The notes: generated from the sequence alone by a model not told the origin. Shown: positions 10,029-21,000, counted from the stretch's first letter. The stretch: 64,000 nt of DNA from Opitutaceae bacterium (GCA_051252375.1 JBPOFY010000001.1:352001-416000); one strand, 5' to 3'. Made by a program: numbers and translations.

Positions 10029-10916
10029 TTACGTCATCGACTTCCCTAGATAAGCAAGCATCCACATTTCTTTCCATAATCGATAGCGGCCTTCGTAAGT
10101 GATTTTACCTTCTTCTTCCTGACGTGCGCGCGGAACCAAAAAACCGGTTTTTAAATTCAAACGTTCTAGAATCCTTTGTTGCTCGTTCATTTCTTGAAGC
10201 GGTTCTTCTTCAAAAGATATTGGCGTGATTGAGCTTTTAATTAAACGCAGGTGATGACGCTTCAATAAGCTCTTCAATGATCCCGTCATTGGTTTACGAG
10301 CGATGTCCCAACCTTCCGGATAAAATCCGCCGTAAGGTAAAAATAAGTTATCGGTAATCAATCGACGGTCTTTCTTACCTTCTGTGCTAATTGTATAACA
10401 AGCTGTGGCTCCATCTTTTCTTTTTGGCAAAAAGAGTATCTGTATCCGTGTCATACGGTCTTCACTCTCGTAAATGGAAACACGTAAAAAGGTGCCCTCA
10501 AAGAGTTCTGCCTTCAACGCTGCTAAACGATTAAAACGTTCGTTGCGCAACCAGTCTCGCAACTCAATAAACTTTTTATCTGCAGGCCACTCATCGCCAT
10601 CTTGATTCAATTCAAAACTATGAAACAGTGGCATTTCACCACGACTCAAAGCTAAAATGGCGAGCCAGTTGTAACCAGTTTCAAATAAAAACCATAAGGC
10701 TAAGCCGGTAATAAAATGCACCCAATCCGGACGAAACGATAACTCAAAATGTCGGAGTAGAAATGCAAACCATCCGGCAAATACGATCCAACGTAACCAA
10801 CGTCCTACTACGGCAAATACTGGCACACCAAAACGATTTCCTAGCACAGGAAATACAATGGAGAACACTGCTAATATAATTAGCAGATAGTGTATCATGG
10901 TCAGTTCTTGTATCAT
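10029..10916 (-). CDS. Hypothetical membrane protein
   Basis: 295-aa ORF with about 3 N-terminal TM helices. Confidence 0.7.
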   Translation of the reverse strand: MIQELTMIHYLLIILAVFSIVFPVLGNRFGVPVFAVVGRWLRWIVFAGWFAFLLRHFELSFRPDWVHFITGLALWFLFETGYNWLAILALSRGEMPLFHSFELNQDGDEWPADKKFIELRDWLRNERFNRLAALKAELFEGTFLRVSIYESEDRMTRIQILFLPKRKDGATACYTISTEGKKDRRLITDNLFLPYGGFYPEGWDIARKPMTGSLKSLLKRHHLRLIKSSITPISFEEEPLQEMNEQQRILERLNLKTGFLVPRARQEEEGKITYEGRYRLWKEMWMLAYLGKSMT

Positions 10917-10917
10917 T

Positions 10918-10952
10918 AAAAAAAGGAAGGACGGTCCTGAGACCGTCCTTCT
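10918..10952 (-). terminator. Intrinsic terminator after dnaN
   Basis: Minus strand GAAGGACGGTC-TCAG-GACCGTCCTTC followed by a T-run. Confidence 0.85.
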
Positions 10953-10986
10953 GGTAAATCGTTGAAAAGGTCTCGTTCTTTTCGAC

Positions 10987-12114
10987 TTAGTTCAAGCGCA
11001 GTGGCATAATCACACAAATGAAATTATCGAGTGTCTTGAAGAGACCTGGGCTGAGTTCATCTTTAAATTCAAAGAATACTTCATCCTTAGTCAGTGCCTT
11101 AAGTGGTTCCATCAGGAACTGTGGATTGAAAGCCACTTGCACTTCCGGACCATCATACGCGATAGCCATGGACTCGTGAGATTCACCGTATTCAGTGGAT
11201 GAACCAGAAATTTCCAGGAGGTTTTTAGTGACCTTTAATTTCACTGAGTTGCTCTTGTCTGAAGTGACAAGTGCCGCACGGTGCACACATTCCAACATCA
11301 GCTCACGCTCAATTTTGACGCGGTGCTCCGTTTCTTTTGGAATGACTTGGCGATAGTTCGGGTAGTTCCCTTCCACGATCTTGGAAACCAAGTAAAGGTG
11401 ATCGACTAGACCGGAATCGCCCGCTTCGTCGATATCGATTTCGAAAGCTGCTTGGCGGTCGTTGAAAGCAATTTTTACCTTCTCGCCTTTACCCATGAGA
11501 CGCTCGAGTTCGGCAACTGTCTTTGCTGGTAGAATTAGGCTACCTGCGTTTTCTTCGCTGATTTCTGTCTCGAGTGCTGTGAGTCCAAGACGTCGACCAT
11601 CAGTGGCAACCAGTGTTAGTTTTTCGTCGGCAAAATTGAAGTAAACGCCGTTAAGGATATAGCGATTTTCATCGTTCGATTGGGCATAAGAAACACTCTT
11701 CAGCATGCCAACGATAGCTTCTTGAGAAAGTTCAAATACTTTTCGATTTTCGAAAGTAGGCAGTGGTGGGAATTCCTCACTGCTGATCCCCATAATTTTG
11801 AAAAGCGAACCGCCGGATGTGATCTTAGCTTGGTTCTTGTCGCTCGTTTCGATGAAGACTTCATCAACTGGAAGTTCACGCACAATTGTGGCAAGCTTAC
11901 GAACCGGCAATGTGATGGCACCTGCATCGGATACATCAGCCTTGATACGGCAACGAATGCCTAAATCGAGGTTGGTCGTGGTCAACGATATGTGACCCTC
12001 CTCAGCTTCGATCAGCACATTGCTGAGAATGGGCATTGTGGAACGTGTCGCCACAACATTGAGAACTTGTTGGAGACCGTTGCTAAAGTGATCCTTGTTG
12101 ATCTTGAACTTCAT
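10987..12114 (-). CDS. dnaN: DNA polymerase III beta sliding clamp
   Basis: [39 protein letters not shown]-terminal VIMPLRL. Confidence 0.97.
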   Translation of the reverse strand: MKFKINKDHFSNGLQQVLNVVATRSTMPILSNVLIEAEEGHISLTTTNLDLGIRCRIKADVSDAGAITLPVRKLATIVRELPVDEVFIETSDKNQAKITSGGSLFKIMGISSEEFPPLPTFENRKVFELSQEAIVGMLKSVSYAQSNDENRYILNGVYFNFADEKLTLVATDGRRLGLTALETEISEENAGSLILPAKTVAELERLMGKGEKVKIAFNDRQAAFEIDIDEAGDSGLVDHLYLVSKIVEGNYPNYRQVIPKETEHRVKIERELMLECVHRAALVTSDKSNSVKLKVTKNLLEISGSSTEYGESHESMAIAYDGPEVQVAFNPQFLMEPLKALTKDEVFFEFKDELSPGLFKTLDNFICVIMPLRLN

Positions 12115-12154
12115 GGTGTAGATTTGTCGGTGTTTTGAGAGTTACTGGCAATGC

Positions 12155-12318
12155 TTATGTATTATAGATATTCTTTATATATAAATCTCTCCTTAACAGT
12201 AAGGGGGGTGAATGGTGAGAAAAACTCATCAACTCACTGCTCGCAAGTCATTTACAGTGATTTTTCAGTGTGAAGAGGTCAGTGAGGAATATTGTAGAGC
12301 GGTGAATGATGTGGAAAA
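12155..12318. promoter_or_regulatory. oriC: Candidate replication origin (oriC)
   Basis: Minus-strand DnaA box TTTTCCACA (12310-12318) plus several co-oriented variants, a G/C run at 12203-12208, trio-like TAC-TGT-TAA and an AT-rich tract at 12155-12186, all upstream of dnaN. Confidence 0.6.
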
Positions 12319-12328
12319 GTTTTTTTGA

Positions 12329-13231
12329 TCACACAGAGTCTTCACGCTTATTCCTAAGTTCTTCACATGTATTTATGGCACTATGCCGGAGACGTTTACG
12401 GGCTCGATAAATACGGAATAAGTGGCGAACTGGGCCATAAACGATGTAGGTAAAGAAAATGAGCGCGAAGGATAACTCCTTCATGATAAAAGCGACACCA
12501 AGTGCAAATATAAGACAGATAAACGTGCGGACGCGGGTGCTGGTCTGCCAATCAATGTCTTTGAAGCTTGGGTATGGGATGTTGCTCACCATGAGATATG
12601 CGATCAAGAGCATGAATGGTGGAATGCCCAGAGCGAGACTACGCGAGTCAAAATCTTGAGTGTCCAAGCTGGTGATGACCATGACAATGGATACAATCAT
12701 ACCAGCGGCAGCTGGCACAGGTAGTCCTAAGAAGTCTTTAGTGCCTTTAAGGCGCTCGGCTGGTGGCAGCATTGGATGTGTTAATACGTTAAATCGAGCA
12801 AGTCTGACCGCAGCGCACAGTAGATAGACAAACCCGATCAACCAACTGACCTCGAGAAACACTGGGTATTTATCTACTGTAGGGGTGAGAACCAGGAAGA
12901 TCATCATCAATGCTGGTGCGACACCGAACGATATAATGTCGGCGATCGAATCAAATTCTTTTCCGAATAGAGATTCTCGACCCCCTAAACGAGCGACTCG
13001 ACCATCAAGAGCATCACAGATCACTCCAAAAAGAATAAACCAAACAGCCTGCTTGTAATAGCCATTAACGATCGACGGATCGGTGGCATAGTTGGCTTGA
13101 ATACAGCGCAATATGGCTAGAAAACCAAAAAACAGATTACCAGCAGTTAAACTGTTGGGTAGCAGATAGATATGGCTGGCTTCACCAGAATCTGCATATT
13201 GGTGTTTTGGTTTATTTTCTGGATCAGACAT
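12329..13231 (-). CDS. pssA: CDP-diacylglycerol--serine O-phosphatidyltransferase
   Basis: LPNSLTAGN, DALDGRVAR...FGKEFDSIADIISFGVAPA, RLARFN, FLGLPVP. Confidence 0.93.
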   Translation of the reverse strand: MSDPENKPKHQYADSGEASHIYLLPNSLTAGNLFFGFLAILRCIQANYATDPSIVNGYYKQAVWFILFGVICDALDGRVARLGGRESLFGKEFDSIADIISFGVAPALMMIFLVLTPTVDKYPVFLEVSWLIGFVYLLCAAVRLARFNVLTHPMLPPAERLKGTKDFLGLPVPAAAGMIVSIVMVITSLDTQDFDSRSLALGIPPFMLLIAYLMVSNIPYPSFKDIDWQTSTRVRTFICLIFALGVAFIMKELSFALIFFTYIVYGPVRHLFRIYRARKRLRHSAINTCEELRNKREDSV

Positions 13232-13245
13232 AAATGCTTTTTGGT

Positions 13246-13614
13246 CTATTCTGAGCGATCGCCTTTATGCCTCAGGGATTCGAGGTATTTCCAAAAAGAG
13301 TCTTCTTGCTCGAGCATAAACTCCTCTGCGAAAGGTAGTTTAAAGCGAAAGATAAAATCAGTGAGCGTATTTTTATGGAGGATGTAGTGAGCAAAGAGTG
13401 CGTCACCATCTTGCTCAAAGTAGATACGAAATTCGCCGGCTCGAACGCGGTAGTATGTCTTACCGTTGCGTTGAAAACGCCCCAAATCCTCATTGGGATT
13501 CTCTAGTTGTTCTTGTTTCAGGGTGCTGACCACTTCGACAAGTAGCATTTGCGATCTTGTATCGAGCTGATTGAGCTCATGCATGCTTTGTTCGCTGAAA
13601 TTTACCTGAAACAT
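13246..13614 (-). CDS. RelE/ParE-like protein with no adjacent antitoxin
   Basis: MFQVNFSEQS...YYRVRAGEFRIYFE resembles the RelE YRLRVGDYRI motif. Confidence 0.7.
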   Translation of the reverse strand: MFQVNFSEQSMHELNQLDTRSQMLLVEVVSTLKQEQLENPNEDLGRFQRNGKTYYRVRAGEFRIYFEQDGDALFAHYILHKNTLTDFIFRFKLPFAEEFMLEQEDSFWKYLESLRHKGDRSE

Positions 13615-13771
13615 TGTATATAAATAGACGGAGTTGCCTGTGAGATAGAGTGACACACATTAGAATAGATGTTCTCATGTGCAATCGCAGAATACTGATA
13701 CTGAATTAGCTATTGAGGCACCCTTCCAAGTAGCATTGACCGTCCGGATAAAGTCATCAATGTCATCGTCC

Positions 13772-14179
13772 ATGGTAAAAGTGACAATCGAATATGAGGG
13801 TGAGCTACGCTGTAATTTAGAGCATGGTCCTTCTGGAAACACACTACAGACCGATGCACCGGTGGATAATAATGGCAAAGGCGAAAGCTTTTCACCTACC
13901 GATCTCTGTGCATCTGCGCTAGGTTCCTGTATTGCCACGATAGTGGGCATGCAGATGGAAGCGCTGGGGGTCGATTTGAAGGGGATGCGTATAGAAGTGA
14001 GTAAAGAGATGTCCGCTAGCCTACCGCGACGAATCGCCCGGCTTGAAACGAATGTCTGGTTGCCTGTGCCTTTAACCGATGATCAGCAGATGAAAGTGGA
14101 GATTGCGGCAAAGAACTGCCCAGTGCACCACAGTCTTCACCCTGAGATTGAAAAGCCGATCCATTTTCATTGGAAGTAA
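13772..14179 (+). CDS. OsmC family protein
   Basis: TDAPVDNNGKGESFSPTDL...GSC and CPVHHSL. Confidence 0.9.
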   Translation: MVKVTIEYEGELRCNLEHGPSGNTLQTDAPVDNNGKGESFSPTDLCASALGSCIATIVGMQMEALGVDLKGMRIEVSKEMSASLPRRIARLETNVWLPVPLTDDQQMKVEIAAKNCPVHHSLHPEIEKPIHFHWK

Positions 14180-14185
14180 TTTATA

Positions 14186-15868
14186 GTGAGTAAGTTAAAT
14201 CCTTCGATCACTCTCCTGGTATTCGACTCACGTAATCGATTATTGGTGCAGCAGTATTCAGATAATGGCGTTGAAATAGCACCTACCCCTTCTTCACTAA
14301 GTGAGGGTTCGTATCTGCTAACGACAGCTGAGATCGAAGGCGATCCGACCGAGATCCACTGCCAATTGAATGGTGAGGTCACTCCTGGGAATGAGTTTAT
14401 AAGCCTGTATCAGCTAAGGTCGCTCGAACAATCTAGCCACTTAAAGGCAATTTTACGGGCCATAGAGCCTCATTTATATCGACTACCCTACCTAGATCTC
14501 GGGGAGAATGAGTATATCTACCGTTTTCGGACCGCCAAAGAACGCAATCGCTCGATCTATGTGGATACTCAGTCGGATGCACTTTATCAAAGCGCCCTGT
14601 GTGCGGCGATTAAGGAAGCGCGGCGAACGAAGGAAAAAACCTCAGGTGAGCCAGCGGTCTTGGATTTTGGTGCGGTGAGTTATGTCATCCCGAGTCACTT
14701 CGGGTTCTGCCTCGGTGTGCAGAACGCAATTGAACGCGCTTATGAAACCGTGGCGTCAAATCCTGGAAAACGGGTCTTCATGCTGAGTGAGTTGATTCAT
14801 AATCCCTTTGTTAATGAAGATTTATTGGCACGAGGATTACGTTACTTGCAGACAGATAAAGGCTTATCGATTCGAGAAGATGGTTCGATTGCAACGGATC
14901 GCGAGGACCCACAGGCTTTATGGAATCAATTAACAGAGGAAGATATCGTCATTATTCCAGCATTTGGAGCGACGAATGAAGACAAGGTTCGTTTGATTCG
15001 GCGCGGGCTTTCTATCCGTGAGAATGATGCCACTTGTATGTTGGTGGAGAAGGTATGGAAGGCTGCACGCCGTTATGCCGGGGAAGGTTATACCGTGTTG
15101 ATTCACGGTAAATCGGAGCACGAGGAAACTAAGGCTACTTTCTCTAACAGTTCGAGCCATGGTCCGGCACTCATGATTCGCAATATGGAGCATGCTCAGC
15201 GCTTAGGTGAAGTCATTATGGCGGAGGATTCTCAGAAGAAAGCACTCTTTGATGCTTCCTTCGGTGGCTTGTATTCAGATGGTTTTGATCCTCTGCGTGA
15301 TTTGGATCGAATCGCCGTGGTCAATCAAACCACCCTATTGCGTAATGAGACGCTGAGAATCATTGAGCATCTTCGCGAAGTGGTGTCTGAAAAATATGGT
15401 GAAGACCGTGTGGCTGAGCATCTTTGGTCGAAAGGTAAAGGAGACACCCTCTGTTATGCGACTCAGGTGAATCAGGATGCTTTACAAAAGGCGGTCGAAT
15501 TGCCGATCGATGCGGCAATTGTGGTGGGCGGTAAAAATAGCTCCAACACCTTTCAACTGTATCGTGTCTGTGAGGAACGATTCGGTGACAATGCACATTA
15601 CATCCAATCAGAGGCAGATATCACAGCTTTGGATCAAATTGAGCATTATATTTTCCCATATAATTTGTCCGAGATCTCTCAAGATAATCACTGCCAGCGC
15701 TCTTTTCTAAAGGCAGATGGAGCTAAGAAACATATTTTACTAACCGGGGGGGCTTCTTGCCCGGACGGAATCATCCAGCAAGTCATCCAGAAAATTAACA
15801 GTTTTTACCCCGCCGATGCGATTCGTCCAGTAGAGGCAATTTTACAAGCTTTTGAGTCTGAGGGTTGA
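14186..15868 (+). CDS. ispH: 4-hydroxy-3-methylbut-2-enyl diphosphate reductase with N-terminal extension
   Basis: FGFCLGV, ELIHNPFV, DATC, NQTT, DTLCYATQVNQ, GGKNSSNT, TGGASCP. Confidence 0.93.
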   Translation: MSKLNPSITLLVFDSRNRLLVQQYSDNGVEIAPTPSSLSEGSYLLTTAEIEGDPTEIHCQLNGEVTPGNEFISLYQLRSLEQSSHLKAILRAIEPHLYRLPYLDLGENEYIYRFRTAKERNRSIYVDTQSDALYQSALCAAIKEARRTKEKTSGEPAVLDFGAVSYVIPSHFGFCLGVQNAIERAYETVASNPGKRVFMLSELIHNPFVNEDLLARGLRYLQTDKGLSIREDGSIATDREDPQALWNQLTEEDIVIIPAFGATNEDKVRLIRRGLSIRENDATCMLVEKVWKAARRYAGEGYTVLIHGKSEHEETKATFSNSSSHGPALMIRNMEHAQRLGEVIMAEDSQKKALFDASFGGLYSDGFDPLRDLDRIAVVNQTTLLRNETLRIIEHLREVVSEKYGEDRVAEHLWSKGKGDTLCYATQVNQDALQKAVELPIDAAIVVGGKNSSNTFQLYRVCEERFGDNAHYIQSEADITALDQIEHYIFPYNLSEISQDNHCQRSFLKADGAKKHILLTGGASCPDGIIQQVIQKINSFYPADAIRPVEAILQAFESEG

Positions 15869-15893
15869 ACCGTAGGCAGATGCAGTTACTGTA

Positions 15894-16265
15894 TTGGCAG
15901 TGTTAATTGGTATTACAGATTGTGAAGGGGGTGCTCAACCCGGTGTTTATTACGGCATCGGGTCCATTGTGCAGCACAAGCTCTATGGTTACCGCGGTGT
16001 GATAGTTGCCTACGACCCACACTGTGTCGCAGGCGATAAGTGGTATTTTTCAAATAAAACACAGCCCGCCCGCGAGCAGCCATGGTATCATGTATTGGTT
16101 CACGACAGTGGTGGGCTCAGCACATATGTAGCACAGTCAAACCTACAGGAAGATCCTACACAGGCTCCTGTGGACCATCCGAGAATCAGCAGTTATTTTA
16201 CTGAATTTATCGATGGGACCTATGTGCTTAAAGAGGGCAATGCATCTGGCGGGTGCTCGATCTAG
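15894..16265 (+). CDS. hspQ: HspQ/YccV hemimethylated-DNA-binding domain protein
   Basis: IGSIVQHKLYGYRGVIV, QPWYHVLV, TYVAQSNL, VDHP. Confidence 0.88.
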   Translation: MAVLIGITDCEGGAQPGVYYGIGSIVQHKLYGYRGVIVAYDPHCVAGDKWYFSNKTQPAREQPWYHVLVHDSGGLSTYVAQSNLQEDPTQAPVDHPRISSYFTEFIDGTYVLKEGNASGGCSI

Positions 16266-16286
16266 CGAGCCCGCCGCAGTGAACCT

Positions 16287-17669
<1,383 letters not shown>

Positions 17670-17814
17670 GAGGAAGTCGGAGAATGTTGAGCCCAAAGGC
17701 TTTGTAAACTCAGAACTGGGCAAAGTCGAAATGAGGGTCTGTTAAAAAGTTTGAAAAACCATTGTTGGCGCTGAGCGGACTTGACCCATGTGCCACATGC
17801 TTTGTCATAAGTCT

Positions 17815-18381
17815 ATGTCCGAGATCCCCCCACGTGAGATTATTTTAGCGAAAGCTGGTGAGCTTTTTCATAAGCGTGGCTATGGTGCGGTTACGATCGA
17901 CGATGTGATTGCTGCCACAGGATTGCCCAAGTCGACATTTCATCAGAATTTCAGTTCACGGGCAAAGCTCGGTCAGGCCTGGTTGGGTCGTTTGAATAAG
18001 CGCATGCAGGCGATGCACGACAGTTTCCTTGAGAAACCGGGTGAGCGTGATCGGCGCTTGCGGAAGTATTTCTTTTCCATGCGTAGTTGGTTGGAAGCCA
18101 ATGGCTTCCGTTCTTGTCAGTTTGCTAATACGGCTGCCTGTATCGATGCTGAATCAGATGAAGAAATCGCGCATTTGATTGATCAATATAAACGCGCGCA
18201 GCGTAAGTTTTTCATCGAATTGGTGGGCACATTGGTCGATGAGGCAGATGCTAAACGCTTAGGCACTGCGGTCTTTTTGCTCTATTCCGGTGCGATGACT
18301 GAAGCTCAAAATTTGAAAGCCACTTGGCCACTTGAAGACGCTTTAGTGATATCTGAGCAGCTCTGTGGAATTAATCGATAA
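17815..18381 (+). CDS. TetR/AcrR family transcriptional regulator
   Basis: N-terminal HTH (ELFHKRGYGAVTIDDVIAATGLPKSTF); FRSCQFAN in the C-domain. Confidence 0.88.
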   Translation: MSEIPPREIILAKAGELFHKRGYGAVTIDDVIAATGLPKSTFHQNFSSRAKLGQAWLGRLNKRMQAMHDSFLEKPGERDRRLRKYFFSMRSWLEANGFRSCQFANTAACIDAESDEEIAHLIDQYKRAQRKFFIELVGTLVDEADAKRLGTAVFLLYSGAMTEAQNLKATWPLEDALVISEQLCGINR

Positions 18382-18444
18382 GTAGTCCTCAATTCTTCCT
18401 TTGCGCTGGAATTGGGAGAATGAAACCACCAATGTTTTAACATT

Positions 18445-18969
18445 ATGGAAAAAGTAACCGAACTTCTGTCTAAGCTTCCTGAAGACGCTAATGACCTCCA
18501 AATCAACCTGAAGCGTGTGCTGGAAGGTGAATCTCTGAGCACAGAGCAAACATGGGGCACTGCTTTGGCAGCTGCGTATTTTATTCGTAACCCTGAATTA
18601 ATAGCGGCGATTCAAGCTGACGCCGAAGCGGCTGGAGTGTCTCAAGCCATTTTGGAAGACGCTCGTGGCGCGGCTTCAATCATGGGAATGAATGCTATTT
18701 ATTATCGTTTTCGTCACCTTATGAATAAGGAGGCATACAATCAGCGCCCTGCGAATCTACGCATGATGCGAATGCAGCAAGTCGCTACAACGAAGGCGAA
18801 TTTTGAGCTATTTTCGATTGCTCCTGCCGCATTGGCAGGTTGCGAAATGTGTCTTAAAGCGCACGAAGCAGCGGTTAAGAAAGATGGTATGACGGAGGAT
18901 AATGTCCACGACGCCGTTCGCATTTCTGCGGTTCTGCATGGTGTGGCTGTTGCCTTGGAAATGGTTTAG
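18445..18969 (+). CDS. ahpD: Alkyl hydroperoxide reductase AhpD (carboxymuconolactone decarboxylase family)
   Basis: AASIMGMNAIYYRF, FELFS, GCEMCLKAHE. Confidence 0.88.
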   Translation: MEKVTELLSKLPEDANDLQINLKRVLEGESLSTEQTWGTALAAAYFIRNPELIAAIQADAEAAGVSQAILEDARGAASIMGMNAIYYRFRHLMNKEAYNQRPANLRMMRMQQVATTKANFELFSIAPAALAGCEMCLKAHEAAVKKDGMTEDNVHDAVRISAVLHGVAVALEMV

Positions 18970-19048
18970 CCATTATTGGCTGCTTTCCTAGTAGGTAGTT
19001 ACGATTCAAAAAGCGCATGGTTTCATGATACGTAAAGATCGGATCGTT

Positions 19049-19456
19049 ATGTCAGCATCCCCGCATAAAGTATTTGTTTACGGCACTTTAAAACCGGGGG
19101 GTCACTACTGGCCTCAGTTTTGCGAAGGCAAGGTCAGTGAAGTGCAACCGGCAATGATACGGGGCGAGCTCTATGATCTACATGTTGGCTATCCTGGGGT
19201 GATCCTACAAGGAGATAGCTGGGTGCAGGGCTGTATCTTAACTTTCTCGAGGGAAGCAGATTTCCTTCAATTAGATGTGCTCGAAGGTTACGTGCCCGGA
19301 AGGGAGGAAAGTAAGAACGAGTATAACCGCCTAAAAGTGCCTAGTTACACGCCCAAAGGTGAAACACTTGGTGAGGTTTGGGCATACGAAATGACCGAAG
19401 CGACGATGCAGCGTTATAGGGGCACTCGAATAGAAAGTGGCCATTGGGCTATTTAA
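19049..19456 (+). CDS. Gamma-glutamylcyclotransferase (AIG2-like) family protein
   Basis: VFVYGTLKPG, GYPG, LDVLEG. Confidence 0.85.
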   Translation: MSASPHKVFVYGTLKPGGHYWPQFCEGKVSEVQPAMIRGELYDLHVGYPGVILQGDSWVQGCILTFSREADFLQLDVLEGYVPGREESKNEYNRLKVPSYTPKGETLGEVWAYEMTEATMQRYRGTRIESGHWAI

Positions 19457-19467
19457 ATAGATTCACC

Positions 19468-21000
19468 CTACTCTTTGGGCTTCGCGACTTTCTTGGCGGG
19501 TTTCTTTTTTACCGTCTTTTTGGTCGTGGCTTTTGGGGTCACAGTTTTCTTTGCGGCGGCTTTCTTAGTCGCAGTCTTTTTCACCGTGGCTTTCTTTGTG
19601 GCGACCTTTTTGACCGCTTTTTTCGTCGCCTTCTTCTTAGCCGGTTTGTCTGCGGGAGCTGGTTTAGCTGACTCCTTTGGTTTCACTTCGGACTTCGTTT
19701 TAGGCTTTTTGACTGGCTCGGTTTTAGCTTCTGCTGGAGCCTTCGATTTGGGTGCTTTAGCTTTAGGCTTTGAGCTGGTTTCTTTGCTCTGCTGAGAAGG
19801 TTTAGATTCAGCGCTTGGGGGCGTTGAATTTGTTTCGCCTACTGGATGTGGTTTTTTGCCACCGCGGCGTCGACGATTCCGAGCTGCCTTGTTTGATGAA
19901 TCAGTGTTTTCTGCGCGTGGTTGTGAATCATCAGCCTGCGCGGATTGTTTGGCTTCAGTTTTGCCTGCTTCTTGGGAGTGCTCCTTATTGTCGTTTTCGC
20001 GATTACGATTACGACCTCCACGGCGTCGACCACGTCTGCGTTTAGAGCTAGCCTCTCCTTGTGTTTGATTGTCAGGCGATCTTTGTTCGCGTTGAGGAGC
20101 TGGTTTCTTCGCTTCGAAACGTTCAGGGTGCGTTTCAAAATCTTCGATCGCGGCTGCGATCTTTTCTTCCATTTCTTCGTCCGTGTATGGAATAGTGCGT
20201 TCGATCCGCTCTGGTGATTTGGTTGGAATCTTAGGCTGTTCCGGTGGGCAGTATTCTGCGGGCGGTAGCACGATCGCGTTGTAAGGATCGATTGGGAGCG
20301 GATCTTCTGGAAGTGCAGATTCCGCTTTGGCGCTGAGACGCGGGTAAAGGGTTATTTCGTTGGGCACGTTGGGCTCATTCTCATTGAGTAGTTGCTCAAT
20401 GGTGCGTGCGACGTGTTCGGGATCGATGCGTGTTTGCATCAGCTGCTCGTCGCTCACATCTGCCGCGGGTAGTTCTGGGTTTTGGCGTAGGATAAGGTTG
20501 GTCACTCTAAGGCCGGCATCACGGGCTTGGTCGAAAAGCGCGTTATTCATCTCGCGGAGACCACCTTCAATGAGCGCATTGATCGCACTGGCGGTGTGCC
20601 CACTTTTGTTGGCGGGGATGATGTTAATGAGCTGACCGCGAAAGCGCAGTAAGTTGGGCAGTGCGAGGCGGGTTAGCATGATCGGACCGAGGAGTCCGAT
20701 TTTGAGAATGGCTTCGAGGTTACCGACAGGTAGTTTTTCGAAAGCGCCACCAGGCGTTACATCGATCGCATGGATTAGGATGTGTAAGGCACCTTCCTTT
20801 TCCAGAATTTCATTGGTCGCGCGAGTGACGGCGTCGAGATCGCTGACATCAATCGGATGTGCGAAGAAGTTCGGGTCTGCGAAAGTGACTTTCGAGAAAT
20901 TATTACCGATGCCGTGCACGCGGCAACCTTGCCGAATGAGGCCTTGAATGATCCGGAGGCCGAGAGGTGTCTCGGCGCCAGTGACAATAGCAATGTCCAT
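19468..21000 (-). CDS. Atypical SDR-fold protein with a long low-complexity, Lys/Arg-rich C-terminus
   Basis: IAIVTGAETPLG, IDVSD and RVTNLI give an SDR layout; tail has KRRRGRRRGGRNRNR and xxxKK repeats. Confidence 0.8.
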   Translation of the reverse strand: MDIAIVTGAETPLGLRIIQGLIRQGCRVHGIGNNFSKVTFADPNFFAHPIDVSDLDAVTRATNEILEKEGALHILIHAIDVTPGGAFEKLPVGNLEAILKIGLLGPIMLTRLALPNLLRFRGQLINIIPANKSGHTASAINALIEGGLREMNNALFDQARDAGLRVTNLILRQNPELPAADVSDEQLMQTRIDPEHVARTIEQLLNENEPNVPNEITLYPRLSAKAESALPEDPLPIDPYNAIVLPPAEYCPPEQPKIPTKSPERIERTIPYTDEEMEEKIAAAIEDFETHPERFEAKKPAPQREQRSPDNQTQGEASSKRRRGRRRGGRNRNRENDNKEHSQEAGKTEAKQSAQADDSQPRAENTDSSNKAARNRRRRGGKKPHPVGETNSTPPSAESKPSQQSKETSSKPKAKAPKSKAPAEAKTEPVKKPKTKSEVKPKESAKPAPADKPAKKKATKKAVKKVATKKATVKKTATKKAAAKKTVTPKATTKKTVKKKPAKKVAKPKE

